Assembly (NCBI GenBank): GCA_964291675.2
Contig: OZ219866.1
Span: 1,728,001-1,792,000 of the forward strand
Length of the DNA: 64,000 nt
DNA from: Alphaproteobacteria bacterium
Lineage (GTDB): Bacteria > Pseudomonadota > Alphaproteobacteria > MPNO01
Direction: 5' to 3'
Made by a program: the position numbers and the translations under genes. This document shows, one piece after another, positions 47,391-56,993 of this stretch (its first letter is position 1; each line of letters opens with the position of its first letter). The notes under the pieces were generated by a model. It saw only the letters and a program-made list of their open reading frames with translations, had not been told where the DNA came from and did not search any database.

Positions 47391-48512
47391 ATGGCAAGCA
47401 TGAGCGGCGTCCGCGAGGTCGCCCATATCGACTGCGCCGGGGGCGGCCAGGTCAGGGTGGACGGCAGCACCGCCTATGTCGGCCACATGGCGGCGCCTTT
47501 CGGAACCTCGATCTTCGACGTGTCCGATCCCGCCTCCCCCCGCCTGCTGGCCGAGATCGGCATGCCGCCCGGCAGCCATTCGCACAAGGTGCGCGCTTGC
47601 GACGGGCTGATGGTGGTCAACCACGAGCGCATCGGCGGGCCGCAGACCGAGGGCTTCGTGGGCGGGCTCGGCATCTACGACGTGGAGGACCCGGCCAGGC
47701 CGCGCCGCATCGCGAACTGGGAGACCTGGGGGAAGGGCGTCCATCGCTTCGATTTCGACGGGCGCTTCGCCTACATCTCGCCGACGGTCGAGGGCTATGT
47801 CGGCAACATCATGATGATCCTCGACCTCGACGACCCCGAGAGGCCGGAGGAGGTCGGGCGCTGGTGGATCCCCGGCCAGTGGGAGGCCGGCGGCGAGGAC
47901 TACCCGTGGGACGACGGGCCCGCCCCGCGCTGCCACCACCCGTTGCGGCTGGGCGACCGGCTGTATACCAGCTACTGGCATCACGGAGTGTTCATCCTCG
48001 GCATCGAGGACATGGCGAGCCCGCGGACGATCTCCGAATACCGGATCAGCCCGGCCTATGCGCACCCGCAGCACACCGCCCTTCCGATCCCGTTCCCGGT
48101 GCAGGGCAAGCGGCTGATGGTGGTCGCCGACGAGGACGTCGCCAAGCTCCGGCCGAGCGCGCCGGCGATCGCCTGGGTGTTCGACGTCACCGACGAGGAG
48201 CGGCCGATCCCGATCTCGACCTTCCAGGTCGACGGTGTCGATCCCGACGGCGCACCGCAGATGCCCATGACCGGCTGCCACCAGCCATCCGAGGTGGTGA
48301 CCGGCACCGAGATCCCGTTCGCCTGGTTCGCCCAGGGGCTGCGGGTGGTCGACATCGCCGACCCGCGCAGGCCGGTCGAGGTCGCCCATTTCCTGCCCGA
48401 CCCGCCGGCCGGCGCCGACCGGGTCTGCGCCAACGACGTGACCGTCGACGATCGCGGCCTGATCTACCTGGTCGACCGGGTTCGCGGCGTCCACATCCTC
48501 GAACGGGTCTGA
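47391..48512 (+). CDS. LVIVD-repeat beta-propeller protein
   Basis: Repeats IFDVSDP, LGIYDVEDP, ILDLDDP, VFDVTDE, LRVVDIADP. Confidence 0.85.
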   Translation: MASMSGVREVAHIDCAGGGQVRVDGSTAYVGHMAAPFGTSIFDVSDPASPRLLAEIGMPPGSHSHKVRACDGLMVVNHERIGGPQTEGFVGGLGIYDVEDPARPRRIANWETWGKGVHRFDFDGRFAYISPTVEGYVGNIMMILDLDDPERPEEVGRWWIPGQWEAGGEDYPWDDGPAPRCHHPLRLGDRLYTSYWHHGVFILGIEDMASPRTISEYRISPAYAHPQHTALPIPFPVQGKRLMVVADEDVAKLRPSAPAIAWVFDVTDEERPIPISTFQVDGVDPDGAPQMPMTGCHQPSEVVTGTEIPFAWFAQGLRVVDIADPRRPVEVAHFLPDPPAGADRVCANDVTVDDRGLIYLVDRVRGVHILERV

Positions 48513-48653
48513 GTCCGCCAGGCGACGGAAAACAACCCCGTCCGGCGTGAAGTCTGTGAGCGCGGCCCGGTTCGGGCTATTGTCTTGTTCTCAAAGAGTC
48601 TTAGTTTTCTGCGGCGCACGGGCGGGTTGCGGACAGCATGGATCGGACGCGCG

Positions 48654-50276
48654 ATGGGTATGGGTGACGGCGAGGCCTCGGTCGGGCGCCGCGCGCGGGC
48701 GCGCTGCCTGCCTTGCGCGGCATTGGTCCTGGCCGCGCTGGCCGTCCCGGTTTCCGCGCAGGACAAGCCGCCGCCGCTCTCCGGGCGGGCCCAGGCGGCG
48801 GACGCCAACAACAACGGCGTGATCGACCGCGACGAGGCGCGCGGCCCGCTTGCCGCGAATTTCGCGGCGATGGACTGCGACAAGAGCAATTCGCTCGACG
48901 GCAACGAGATCCGCGCCTTCTTCACCGGCGCCGGCTGCCGGTCGCTCGCCGCCGCGCCGCCGGGCGGTCCCGCAACCGCCAAGGCCAGGCCGCCGCCGCT
49001 TCAGCCGCGCGCCAAGACGCTGGATGCAAACGACAACGGCGTCATCGACCGCGACGAGGCGCGCGGCCCTCTCGAAGAGAATTTCGCGGCGATGGACTGC
49101 GACAAGAGCAATTCGCTCGACGCCAACGAGATCCGCGCCCACTTCACCGGCGGCGGCTGCAAGTCGGTCGCCGCGGCGGCGACATCGGCGCCGGCCGCCG
49201 CCGCCCCTGCGCCCAACCGCCGCCCGCCCGCCGGCGGGCGGCCGCCGGCGATGGTCACGCTCGACAGCGTGATCGCCGAGCCGGGCGCGCGGACGGTCCC
49301 GGTCATCGGCCGGCTGGTCGCGCGCCAGTCCGGCGTGGTCGCCAGCCAGGTGCGCGGCGCGGTGATCGAGATGCGGGTCGATGTCGGCGACCGGGTCGAG
49401 CGCGGCCAGATCGTCGCCGTGCTCGCCGCCGGGCGCATGCAGACCGCCCGCGACCGGGCGGCCGCTTCGGTGGCGCGCTTCCGCGGTCTGGTGGCCGCCG
49501 CGGAGGCGGAATACCGGAAGAAGCGCGGCGAGCTGCGGCGGCTCGACCGCCTGCGCAAGTCGGCCGCGTTCTCGCGGGCGCGCTACGAAGATTTGGAGCG
49601 CGACGTGCAGGCGCGCAGCGGCGCGCTGGCGGATCGCCGCGGCCAGCTTCAGGAGGCGCAGGCGCAGCTTCGCCAGGCCGAGCTCGACCTCGCCGATACC
49701 CGCATCGAGGCGCCGTTCCCCGGGGTGGTCACCCAGAAACACATCGACATCGGCACCTATCTCAATGTCGGGGCGCGGGTGGTCAGCATCCTCAACGACA
49801 CCGATCTGGAGGCCGAGGCCGAGGTGCCCTCCGGCCGGCTGCGAGGGCTTTCGGTGGGCGCGCTGGTCACGCTTACCCTCGACGACGGCTCGCGCCACCA
49901 GGCGACGGTCCGCGCCATCGTCCCGATCGAGAACGTGAGGACGCGCACCCGCCCGGTGCGCTTCACCGCCGATTTCGGCAAGACCGGGATGCGGCTCGCG
50001 GCCGACCAGAGCGTGACCGTGCTGATCCCGGTCGGCGGGCGCGGCCAGGTCGCCACCGTGCACAAGGACGCGGTGGTGCGCAGCGGCAGCGACGCCTTCG
50101 TGTTCGTGGTGGAGGACAACCTCGCGCGGCGGGTCAAGGTCCGTCTCGGCGACGGGCTCGGCCCGCGCTTCGTCGTGCTCGACGGCGTGAAGCCGGGGCA
50201 GGAGGTCGTGGTCCGTGGCAACGAGACCCTCGGCCGCGGCGGCCCGGTGCGCATCCGCGGCGCGACCGGGAGCTGA
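48654..50276 (+). CDS. RND efflux periplasmic adaptor (MFP) with N-terminal duplicated EF-hand pairs
   Basis: Signal peptide, four EF-hand-like loops, Pro/Ala linker, then MFP motifs VDVGDRVERGQ, IEAPFPGVV, GQEVVVRG. Start approximate. Confidence 0.85.
   Translation: MGMGDGEASVGRRARARCLPCAALVLAALAVPVSAQDKPPPLSGRAQAADANNNGVIDRDEARGPLAANFAAMDCDKSNSLDGNEIRAFFTGAGCRSLAAAPPGGPATAKARPPPLQPRAKTLDANDNGVIDRDEARGPLEENFAAMDCDKSNSLDANEIRAHFTGGGCKSVAAAATSAPAAAAPAPNRRPPAGGRPPAMVTLDSVIAEPGARTVPVIGRLVARQSGVVASQVRGAVIEMRVDVGDRVERGQIVAVLAAGRMQTARDRAAASVARFRGLVAAAEAEYRKKRGELRRLDRLRKSAAFSRARYEDLERDVQARSGALADRRGQLQEAQAQLRQAELDLADTRIEAPFPGVVTQKHIDIGTYLNVGARVVSILNDTDLEAEAEVPSGRLRGLSVGALVTLTLDDGSRHQATVRAIVPIENVRTRTRPVRFTADFGKTGMRLAADQSVTVLIPVGGRGQVATVHKDAVVRSGSDAFVFVVEDNLARRVKVRLGDGLGPRFVVLDGVKPGQEVVVRGNETLGRGGPVRIRGATGS
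48768..49160 (+). repeat. Intragenic tandem duplication (222-bp period) encoding two EF-hand-pair modules
   Basis: 48768-48938 and 48990-49160 share long identical tracts such as atcgaccgcgacgaggcgcgcggccc and gaatttcgcggcgatggactgcgacaagagcaattcgctcgacg. Confidence 0.9.
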
Positions 50277-50298
50277 CGGCCGTGACGGTGGCTCCGCC

Positions 50299-53200
50299 AT
50301 GAACCTGATCCGCCTCGCCATCGAGCGGCCCATGGCGATCGTCGCCATGGTGCTGATGATCGTCCTGTTCGGCTATGTGGCGCTGCAGCGCATCCCGATC
50401 CAGATGGCGCCCGACGTGCGTCAGCCGGTGCTGATCGTCACCACCAACTGGCGCGGCGCGGCGCCGGCGGAGGTCGAGCGCGAGATCGTGATCCCGCAGG
50501 AGGACGAGCTCAAGCGGCTCGAAGGGGTCCAGCGCGTGCTCTCCGAGGCGAGCCACGGGCGCGGCAAGATCACGCTCGAGTTCTCCCCCGGGGTCAATTT
50601 CGACCGCATGCTGCTGCTGGTCTCCAACCGGCTCGACCGGGTGAACACCTATCCCGAGGAGGCCGAGGAGCCGACGCTCGGGACCTCCGGGACCGAGGAC
50701 AACGCCATCGCCTGGTTCGTGTTCAGCCGGGCCGAGGGCAACGACACGCCGATGCTCGAATACGGCGACTTCCTGCGCGACGTGGTGCAGGAGCGCCTGG
50801 AGCGCGTGCCGGGCGTCGGCGGGGTGAACATCTTCGGCGAGACCGAACGCGAGATGCAGATCGTCATCGACCCCGAGCGGCTGGCGCGATACCGGCTCAC
50901 CGTGGGTCAGGTCATCGCCCGGCTGCGCGCCGCCAACGCCTCGATCACCGGCGGCGACATCGACGAAGGCAAGCGCCGCTACACGGTGCGAACCGAGGGC
51001 GATTTCGCGACCCAGGGCGAGGTCGAGGCGGTCGTGCTCCGCTCCAACGCGCGCGGCGCCGGGCTCGGCCGGGTGACGGTGGGGGACATCGCGACCGTCA
51101 CGCTCGCCTACAAGGAGGCGCGCGCGCGGATGTCGTCCAACGGCGTCCCGGCGCTCGCCCTCAACCTGACCCGCGAGCAGGGCGCCAACGTGATCGAGAC
51201 CATGCGGCTGGCCCAGGAGACGATGGCCGGGCTGCGCGACGGCCCGATCAGGGAGGCGGGCCTCAAGGTGCGTCAGGTCTATGACGAGACCGACTACATC
51301 AACTCCTCGATCGCGCTGGTCATGCAGAACATCTATTTCGGCGGCGTGCTGGCGATCGTGATCCTGCTGCTGTTCCTGCGGTCGTGGCGCCCGACCGTGG
51401 TGATCGCCTTCGCCATCCCGGTCTCCGTGGTCGGGTCCTTCGTCGCCATGGCGCTGCTCGGGCGGTCGCTCAACGTGATCAGCCTCGCCGGCATCGCTTT
51501 CGCCGTCGGCATGGTGGTCGATGCCGCGATCGTCGTGCTGGAGAACATCTACCGCCTGCGCCAGGGCGGCATGAGCCGCACCGAGGCCGCCTATCACGGG
51601 ACCGCCCAGGTCTGGCCGGCGGTGCTGGTATCGGCGCTGACCACGGTAATGGTGTTCATCCCGATCCTGATCATGGATCTCGAGGTCGGCCAGCTGTTCC
51701 GCGACATCGCGGTGGCGATCTCGGTGTCGGTGCTGCTGTCGCTGCTGGTCTCCGTGACCCTGATCCCGGCGCTCTCCAACCGGGTGCTGGCCGGCCGCGT
51801 CCCCACGCTGAACGCGATGCCGCGCATCTTCGGCGTCGACTGGCTGGCGCGCGGCTTCGGCTCCTTCTGGCGGTATTTCGCGCGCGTCGTCGTGCGCTCG
51901 AAGGTGCTGGCGCTGCTCGTGGTCGCGGCGATCACCGCGGCGGCGACGGTCTTCGCGATCGCCTTCCTGCCCAAGCTCGACTACCTGCCGATCGGCAACC
52001 GCAATTTCGTCATCGGCTTCGTGCTCCCGCCCGCGGGCTACAATCTCGACACCACCGAAGCCATCGCCCGCGGCGTCCAGGAGAAGACCAAGAAGCACTG
52101 GTCCGACGCGGCGCTCGCCGAGAGCGGGGGCGGCCACCCGCCGGGTACCGACGATGCGCAGAAGATGATCGACCGGTTCTTCTTCGTCGCGCTCAGGGGG
52201 CGCGCCTTCATCGCCGCGCGCCATGTCGACGACCAGAAGGCGCCCGAGCTGGTCCCCATCCTGCAGACGCCGGCCCGGGAAGAGCCCGGAACCTTCGGGT
52301 TCGTCTTTCAGCCGTCCCTGTTCGGCCGCTCCATCGGCAGCGGCCGGTCGATCGACATCGACATCTCGGGCCCCGACCTGGAGACCATCTTCGCGACCGG
52401 GCGGCAGGTGTTCTTCCGCACCATGGGGGCGCTGTCCCCGCGCGACGGCCACCGCACCCGGCCGCGGCCCGCGCTCACCCTGGGCGAGCCCGAAGTCCGG
52501 GTGCTTCCCGACCGGGTCAAGCTCGCCGATAACGGGCTGTCGGCGCGCGACCTCGCCCAGGCCGTCGATGCGTTCAACGACGGGGTTCGGATCGCCGAGA
52601 TCAACGTCGACGGCAAGCGGATCGACCTCACCCTCAAGGGTCCCGCGCGGGAGCAGGAATCGACCCAGTCGATCGGCGTTCTTCCGGTGGTCACGACGGA
52701 CGGGCGGATACTGCCGGTGCAGAGCCTGTCCGAGGTGGGCGTGACCGCGGGGCCCACCCAGATCCGGCGGATCGACCGCGTGAGAACGGTGACGATGTCG
52801 GTCTCGCCAGCCCGCGTGATGCCGCTCCAGGCCGCGATGGACAAGATCAGGTCCGATGTGATCGAGCCGCTTCGCGAGAGCGGCCTGCCCGAGGGCGTGC
52901 ATATCCGCATGTCCGGCTCGGCCGACAAGCTGACGCTGACCTGGAACGAGATCGTGCTCGACCTCGCGCTCGCCGTGATCATCGTCTATTTGGTGATGGC
53001 GGTGCTGTTCGAGAGCTTCGTCTACCCCCTGATCGTCCTGTTGTCCGTGCCGATCGCCGCGGCCGGCGGGCTCGCCGGCCTGTCGGCGCTCAACACCTAT
53101 GTCAACCAGCCGCTCGACATGCTGACCATGCTGGGCTTCGTCATATTGGTGGGGATCGTGGTCAACAACGCGATTCTGCTGGTCCACCAGACGCTCCACC

Positions 53201-53505
53201 ACATCCGTCGCGAGGGCATGACGGCGGGCGATGCGATCGAGGCGGCGACCGAGAACCGCATCCGGCCGATCTTCATGTCGACCCTGACCTCGGTGTTCGG
53301 CATGCTGCCGCTGGTGGTGTTCCCCGGCGCCGGCTCGGAGCTCTATCGCGGGCTCGGATCGGTGGTGCTCGGCGGGCTGTCGCTGTCCGCCGTTCTCACC
53401 ATGGCGGTGGTCCCGCCGATGATGTCGATCACGGTCGGGATCATCGAGCGCCGGGCCGGGAAGAAGGCCGAGGTGCCGCGAGCCGACGTCGCCCCGGCCG
53501 AGTAA
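50299..53505 (+). CDS. RND efflux permease (AcrB/AcrD/AcrF superfamily)
   Basis: About 1070 aa; SLNVISL, GMVVDAAIVVLENI, GIVVNNAILLV, RIRPIFMS. Confidence 0.93.
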   Translation: MNLIRLAIERPMAIVAMVLMIVLFGYVALQRIPIQMAPDVRQPVLIVTTNWRGAAPAEVEREIVIPQEDELKRLEGVQRVLSEASHGRGKITLEFSPGVNFDRMLLLVSNRLDRVNTYPEEAEEPTLGTSGTEDNAIAWFVFSRAEGNDTPMLEYGDFLRDVVQERLERVPGVGGVNIFGETEREMQIVIDPERLARYRLTVGQVIARLRAANASITGGDIDEGKRRYTVRTEGDFATQGEVEAVVLRSNARGAGLGRVTVGDIATVTLAYKEARARMSSNGVPALALNLTREQGANVIETMRLAQETMAGLRDGPIREAGLKVRQVYDETDYINSSIALVMQNIYFGGVLAIVILLLFLRSWRPTVVIAFAIPVSVVGSFVAMALLGRSLNVISLAGIAFAVGMVVDAAIVVLENIYRLRQGGMSRTEAAYHGTAQVWPAVLVSALTTVMVFIPILIMDLEVGQLFRDIAVAISVSVLLSLLVSVTLIPALSNRVLAGRVPTLNAMPRIFGVDWLARGFGSFWRYFARVVVRSKVLALLVVAAITAAATVFAIAFLPKLDYLPIGNRNFVIGFVLPPAGYNLDTTEAIARGVQEKTKKHWSDAALAESGGGHPPGTDDAQKMIDRFFFVALRGRAFIAARHVDDQKAPELVPILQTPAREEPGTFGFVFQPSLFGRSIGSGRSIDIDISGPDLETIFATGRQVFFRTMGALSPRDGHRTRPRPALTLGEPEVRVLPDRVKLADNGLSARDLAQAVDAFNDGVRIAEINVDGKRIDLTLKGPAREQESTQSIGVLPVVTTDGRILPVQSLSEVGVTAGPTQIRRIDRVRTVTMSVSPARVMPLQAAMDKIRSDVIEPLRESGLPEGVHIRMSGSADKLTLTWNEIVLDLALAVIIVYLVMAVLFESFVYPLIVLLSVPIAAAGGLAGLSALNTYVNQPLDMLTMLGFVILVGIVVNNAILLVHQTLHHIRREGMTAGDAIEAATENRIRPIFMSTLTSVFGMLPLVVFPGAGSELYRGLGSVVLGGLSLSAVLTMAVVPPMMSITVGIIERRAGKKAEVPRADVAPAE

Positions 53506-53587
53506 GCCGCTTGGCGGCCTGCCGGGCTCGCCGCTATAGTGCGCGCCGAGCACCGCCATCGAACCCCATCTGCGGAGGCCGCAGCGC

Positions 53588-54805
53588 ATGACCAGCCAGA
53601 CACGCGCCCTCGACGAGATCACCGTCCGGACGGATACCCGGGACATCCTCGCGCATGCTTCGCGCGAGCGCAAAAAGCACCGCTTCGACGAGATGCTGAT
53701 CATCGACGTCGACGCCCATGTGACGGAGACGGCGTTCTGGGGCGAAGTCGTCGACCGCATCGACAGCGACGTCTACCGGCACATGGCGGCATCGTTCCGC
53801 GACCGTACCGGCTCGCCGCCCGGGCTGCTCAACGCGGTGCCGGGGATGTCCTACCAGGACGTATATGGCCGCATCCCGCATCAACAGAGCCTGGCCGAAC
53901 CCGTCCACGACTCCGACATACACCGCCAGGTGGCGCTGACCCGCAGGGCCATGGACTCGATGGGCATCGACTACATGGTGGTGTTCCCGACCCCGATGCT
54001 GTCGCTCGGCACCCACCCGCAGGCCGATGTGGAGGTCGAGCTCGCCTGGGCCTTCAACCGCTGGCTGACCGAGGAGGTGCTGCCCCAGGAGCCCAGGATG
54101 AAGGGGCTCTTGTACCTGCCCTTCAACACGCCCGATGCCTGCCCGCGCTTCGTCGAGGAGTTCGGCGACAAGCCAGGGGCGATGGGGTTCACCGTCACCT
54201 CGACGCGCTTCCGCCCGGTGCATCACAACGCCTACATGCCGCTCTACGCCGCGCTCGAGGAGCGCGACCTGCCGCTCGCCTTCCATGCCGGGTTCAACTG
54301 GAACGACGGCTCGATGGCGCAGCTCAACCGCTTCCTCTCGATGCACGCGTTGAGCTTCGTCCACTGCAACCTGATCCACATGACCAACTGGGTGATCAAC
54401 GGCCTGCCGGTGCGCTTCCCCGGGCTGAAGGTGCTGTGGATCGAGAGCGGCATCGCCTGGCTGCCCTACCTGATGCAGCGGCTCGACTCGGAATACATGA
54501 TGCGTTCATCCGAAGCGCCGCTGCTGACCCGCAGGCCGAGCGAGTACATCAAGGACATGTACTTCTCCAGCCAGCCGCTCGAATCGCAGCACCCCAAGCT
54601 GATGGAGGCGACGTTCGAGGCGATCGACGCCGAGACCCAGCTGCTCTGGTGCTCCGACTGGCCGCACTGGGATTTCGACTCGCCGTCGGTGATCTGGGAC
54701 CTGCCGTTCCTCAACGAGCGGCAGAAGCGGAGGATCATGGGCGAGAACGCGGCCGAGCTGTTCGGCCTCGACAACCCCTATCTCGCCCGCGCGGCCGCCG
54801 AGTAG
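53588..54805 (+). CDS. Amidohydrolase family 2 protein
   Basis: IDVDAH, LAFH, IESGIAW, SDWPHWD, IMGENA. Confidence 0.88.
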   Translation: MTSQTRALDEITVRTDTRDILAHASRERKKHRFDEMLIIDVDAHVTETAFWGEVVDRIDSDVYRHMAASFRDRTGSPPGLLNAVPGMSYQDVYGRIPHQQSLAEPVHDSDIHRQVALTRRAMDSMGIDYMVVFPTPMLSLGTHPQADVEVELAWAFNRWLTEEVLPQEPRMKGLLYLPFNTPDACPRFVEEFGDKPGAMGFTVTSTRFRPVHHNAYMPLYAALEERDLPLAFHAGFNWNDGSMAQLNRFLSMHALSFVHCNLIHMTNWVINGLPVRFPGLKVLWIESGIAWLPYLMQRLDSEYMMRSSEAPLLTRRPSEYIKDMYFSSQPLESQHPKLMEATFEAIDAETQLLWCSDWPHWDFDSPSVIWDLPFLNERQKRRIMGENAAELFGLDNPYLARAAAE

Positions 54806-54819
54806 GCGAAGCCGGGCGA

Positions 54820-55608
54820 CTACCCGCCCCCGGTCCGCCCGAGGAAGTCCTCCACCGCCGCGACGAAGGCGTCCGGCCGGTCGGCGTGCAGCCAGTGGCC
54901 CGCGCCCGGTATCCAGCGCCGTTCCGCGTTCGGAAAGTAGCGCCCGATCGCCGGCGCATGATCGGGCCTGAGATAGTCCGATGCGCCGCCGCCCAGCACC
55001 AGCACCGGCCCGTCGAACACCGCCGACGGCGGCAGGTCCGGGAAGTCCTGCAACGCCTGCCGGGCCGCGGCGATCGCCGCCAGGTTGAGACGCCAGACAT
55101 AGCGCCCGTCGCGCAACACCAGGTTCTGCAGCAGGAAGCCGCGCAGCGCCGCGTCCGGCACCGCCTCGGCGAGACGCGCATCGGCGTCGCCGCGTCTCTC
55201 GACGCCGTCGAGGTCGAGCGCCGTCAGCGCGTCCACCAGCGATGCGAAGCCGTGGCGGTAGCGCACCGGCGCGATGTCGACCACGATCAGGCGGCCGATC
55301 CGCTGCGGCGCGGCCAGCGCGGCCGCCATCGCCGCCTTGCCGCCCATGCTGTGGCCGATCAGGGTCGGGCGCGACAGCCCGTGCCTCGCGATATGGAAGA
55401 GCAGGTCCCCGGCCATGGCGGGATAGGTCATCTCGTCCGTCCAGGGCGAGGCGCCGTGATTGCGCATGTCGAGCGCGTGCACGCTGCGCCCGACGGCGAG
55501 CCGGCGGGCGATGGAGCTCCAGTTGCGGGCCGAGCCGAACAGGCCGTGCGCGACGACCGCCGACGGGCCCTCGCCGGAACGGGTGGCATTGAGCTCGACC
55601 GGCGGCAT
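54820..55608 (-). CDS. Alpha/beta hydrolase (YbfF-like esterase)
   Basis: HGLFGS, DMRNHG, GHSMGG, GHWLHAD. Confidence 0.9.
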   Translation of the reverse strand: MPPVELNATRSGEGPSAVVAHGLFGSARNWSSIARRLAVGRSVHALDMRNHGASPWTDEMTYPAMAGDLLFHIARHGLSRPTLIGHSMGGKAAMAAALAAPQRIGRLIVVDIAPVRYRHGFASLVDALTALDLDGVERRGDADARLAEAVPDAALRGFLLQNLVLRDGRYVWRLNLAAIAAARQALQDFPDLPPSAVFDGPVLVLGGGASDYLRPDHAPAIGRYFPNAERRWIPGAGHWLHADRPDAFVAAVEDFLGRTGGG

Positions 55609-56348
55609 CAGGGCGTCCCCGACCGGGCGCGGTCGCGCCCGGCTTCGTCGCGCAGGCGAGCCGCCTCCGTCTCGATGCTCTCGCGGAGCCGGTCCATGAA
55701 GGCTGCGCGGTCGAGCCCGGGCGGGATCGGGGGCAGCATCGCGACCGCGATCCGGCCGGGCCGCCTGGTGAACGCGCGCCGCGCCCAGTACTGCCCCGAG
55801 TTGAGCGCCACCGGCACCACCGGAAGCTCCAGCGCGGCATAGAGCGCCGCGACGCCCGGGCGGTAGGGAGGCGCCTCGCCCGGGGCGGTTCGCGTTCCCT
55901 CCGGGAAGACCACGACATCCCGCGCCTGCGCCACTCTCGTCCTCGCCATCCGCACCATGCGCCGCAGCGCGCCGGCACCGGCCCGGCGGTCGATCGGGAT
56001 CATCCCGAGGCGGAGCAGATACCACCCGACGAGCGGCAACCAGCCCAGCTCGCCCTTCATGACGATGGCGGGGTCGCGAAAGAGGCGCATCAGGACCAGC
56101 GTATCCCAGGCGGACTGATGTTTCATCGCGTAGATCGCCGGGCCCGCCGCGCGGTGCTCGCGACCGCGGACTTCGTATGTCAGCCCGACGATGCGGGCCA
56201 GCAGCCAGAACGTGCCGTCGATCCAGAGCCGTGCGACGACCAGCACGGCGGAACGGGGCAGCAGCAGAACCGGCAGGGTGAGGAGGCCGAGCCCCCCGGT
56301 CCAGGCGTAGAACGCCGCCTGGAAGCCGAGCGAGCGCAGCCATGTCAT
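55608..56348 (-). CDS. plsC: 1-acyl-sn-glycerol-3-phosphate acyltransferase
   Basis: KHQSAWD, FPEGTR. Confidence 0.88.
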   Translation of the reverse strand: MTWLRSLGFQAAFYAWTGGLGLLTLPVLLLPRSAVLVVARLWIDGTFWLLARIVGLTYEVRGREHRAAGPAIYAMKHQSAWDTLVLMRLFRDPAIVMKGELGWLPLVGWYLLRLGMIPIDRRAGAGALRRMVRMARTRVAQARDVVVFPEGTRTAPGEAPPYRPGVAALYAALELPVVPVALNSGQYWARRAFTRRPGRIAVAMLPPIPPGLDRAAFMDRLRESIETEAARLRDEAGRDRARSGTP

Positions 56349-56938
56349 CCGCGTACCGCGCCGGGAGCGGAAAGACCGGCAAGCGCGGCGAGGTATTTGT
56401 GGAACTCGCTCGCCACCAGCAGCAGCGAGTTGCGCCCACACCACCAGCAGTCGCGCTTGAAGGCCTCCGGGAAGACCGGATGGGGAACGATCCTGATGTC
56501 CGGCAGGGCACGGCGGAACTCCAGCAGGCTGCGCGGCATGTGGTAGTTCGCGGTCACCAGAAGCAGCGACCGGCTGCCCACCGAGCGCATCCACTCGGCG
56601 GTCTCGCGCGCGTTGCCGGCGGTGTTGTCGGCCGCATAGCCGATGGCGATGCAGCACTCCACGTCGTCCGGCTTCCGCCGCGCCAATTGCAGCAACGCAT
56701 CCACGTCGATCCCGCGATAGACGCCCGAGACGAACAACCTCTTGCCGCGGCCCTCGGCGAGCAGCCGCAACCCCTCCGACAGCCGGCCCCTGCCGCCGGT
56801 GAGCACCACGATGGCGTCGGTCGCCTGTTCCCCTTCCGCCGGGCTGGCGGGAATCCGGTCCGCGTACCAGAGCAGCCCGGCAAACCACACGGCCAGGACC
56901 AGGACGGCGACGCCAAGCAGCCGGAGCAGCCACCGCAT
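56345..56938 (-). CDS. YdcF/DUF218 family protein
   Basis: DAIVVLTGG, NTAGNA, VTANYHMPRS. Confidence 0.88.
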   Translation of the reverse strand: MRWLLRLLGVAVLVLAVWFAGLLWYADRIPASPAEGEQATDAIVVLTGGRGRLSEGLRLLAEGRGKRLFVSGVYRGIDVDALLQLARRKPDDVECCIAIGYAADNTAGNARETAEWMRSVGSRSLLLVTANYHMPRSLLEFRRALPDIRIVPHPVFPEAFKRDCWWCGRNSLLLVASEFHKYLAALAGLSAPGAVRG

Positions 56939-56993
56939 GGCAGAACGCTTCCCGCCACCCAACCGGTTGGGCCGGAAGAACACGGTTCCGCCG

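Noticed and set aside
48768-49160. EF-hand module as lanmodulin
   Set aside because: The loops lack the position-2 proline (DPDxDG) typical of lanmodulin. Lanthanide binding stays a possibility only.
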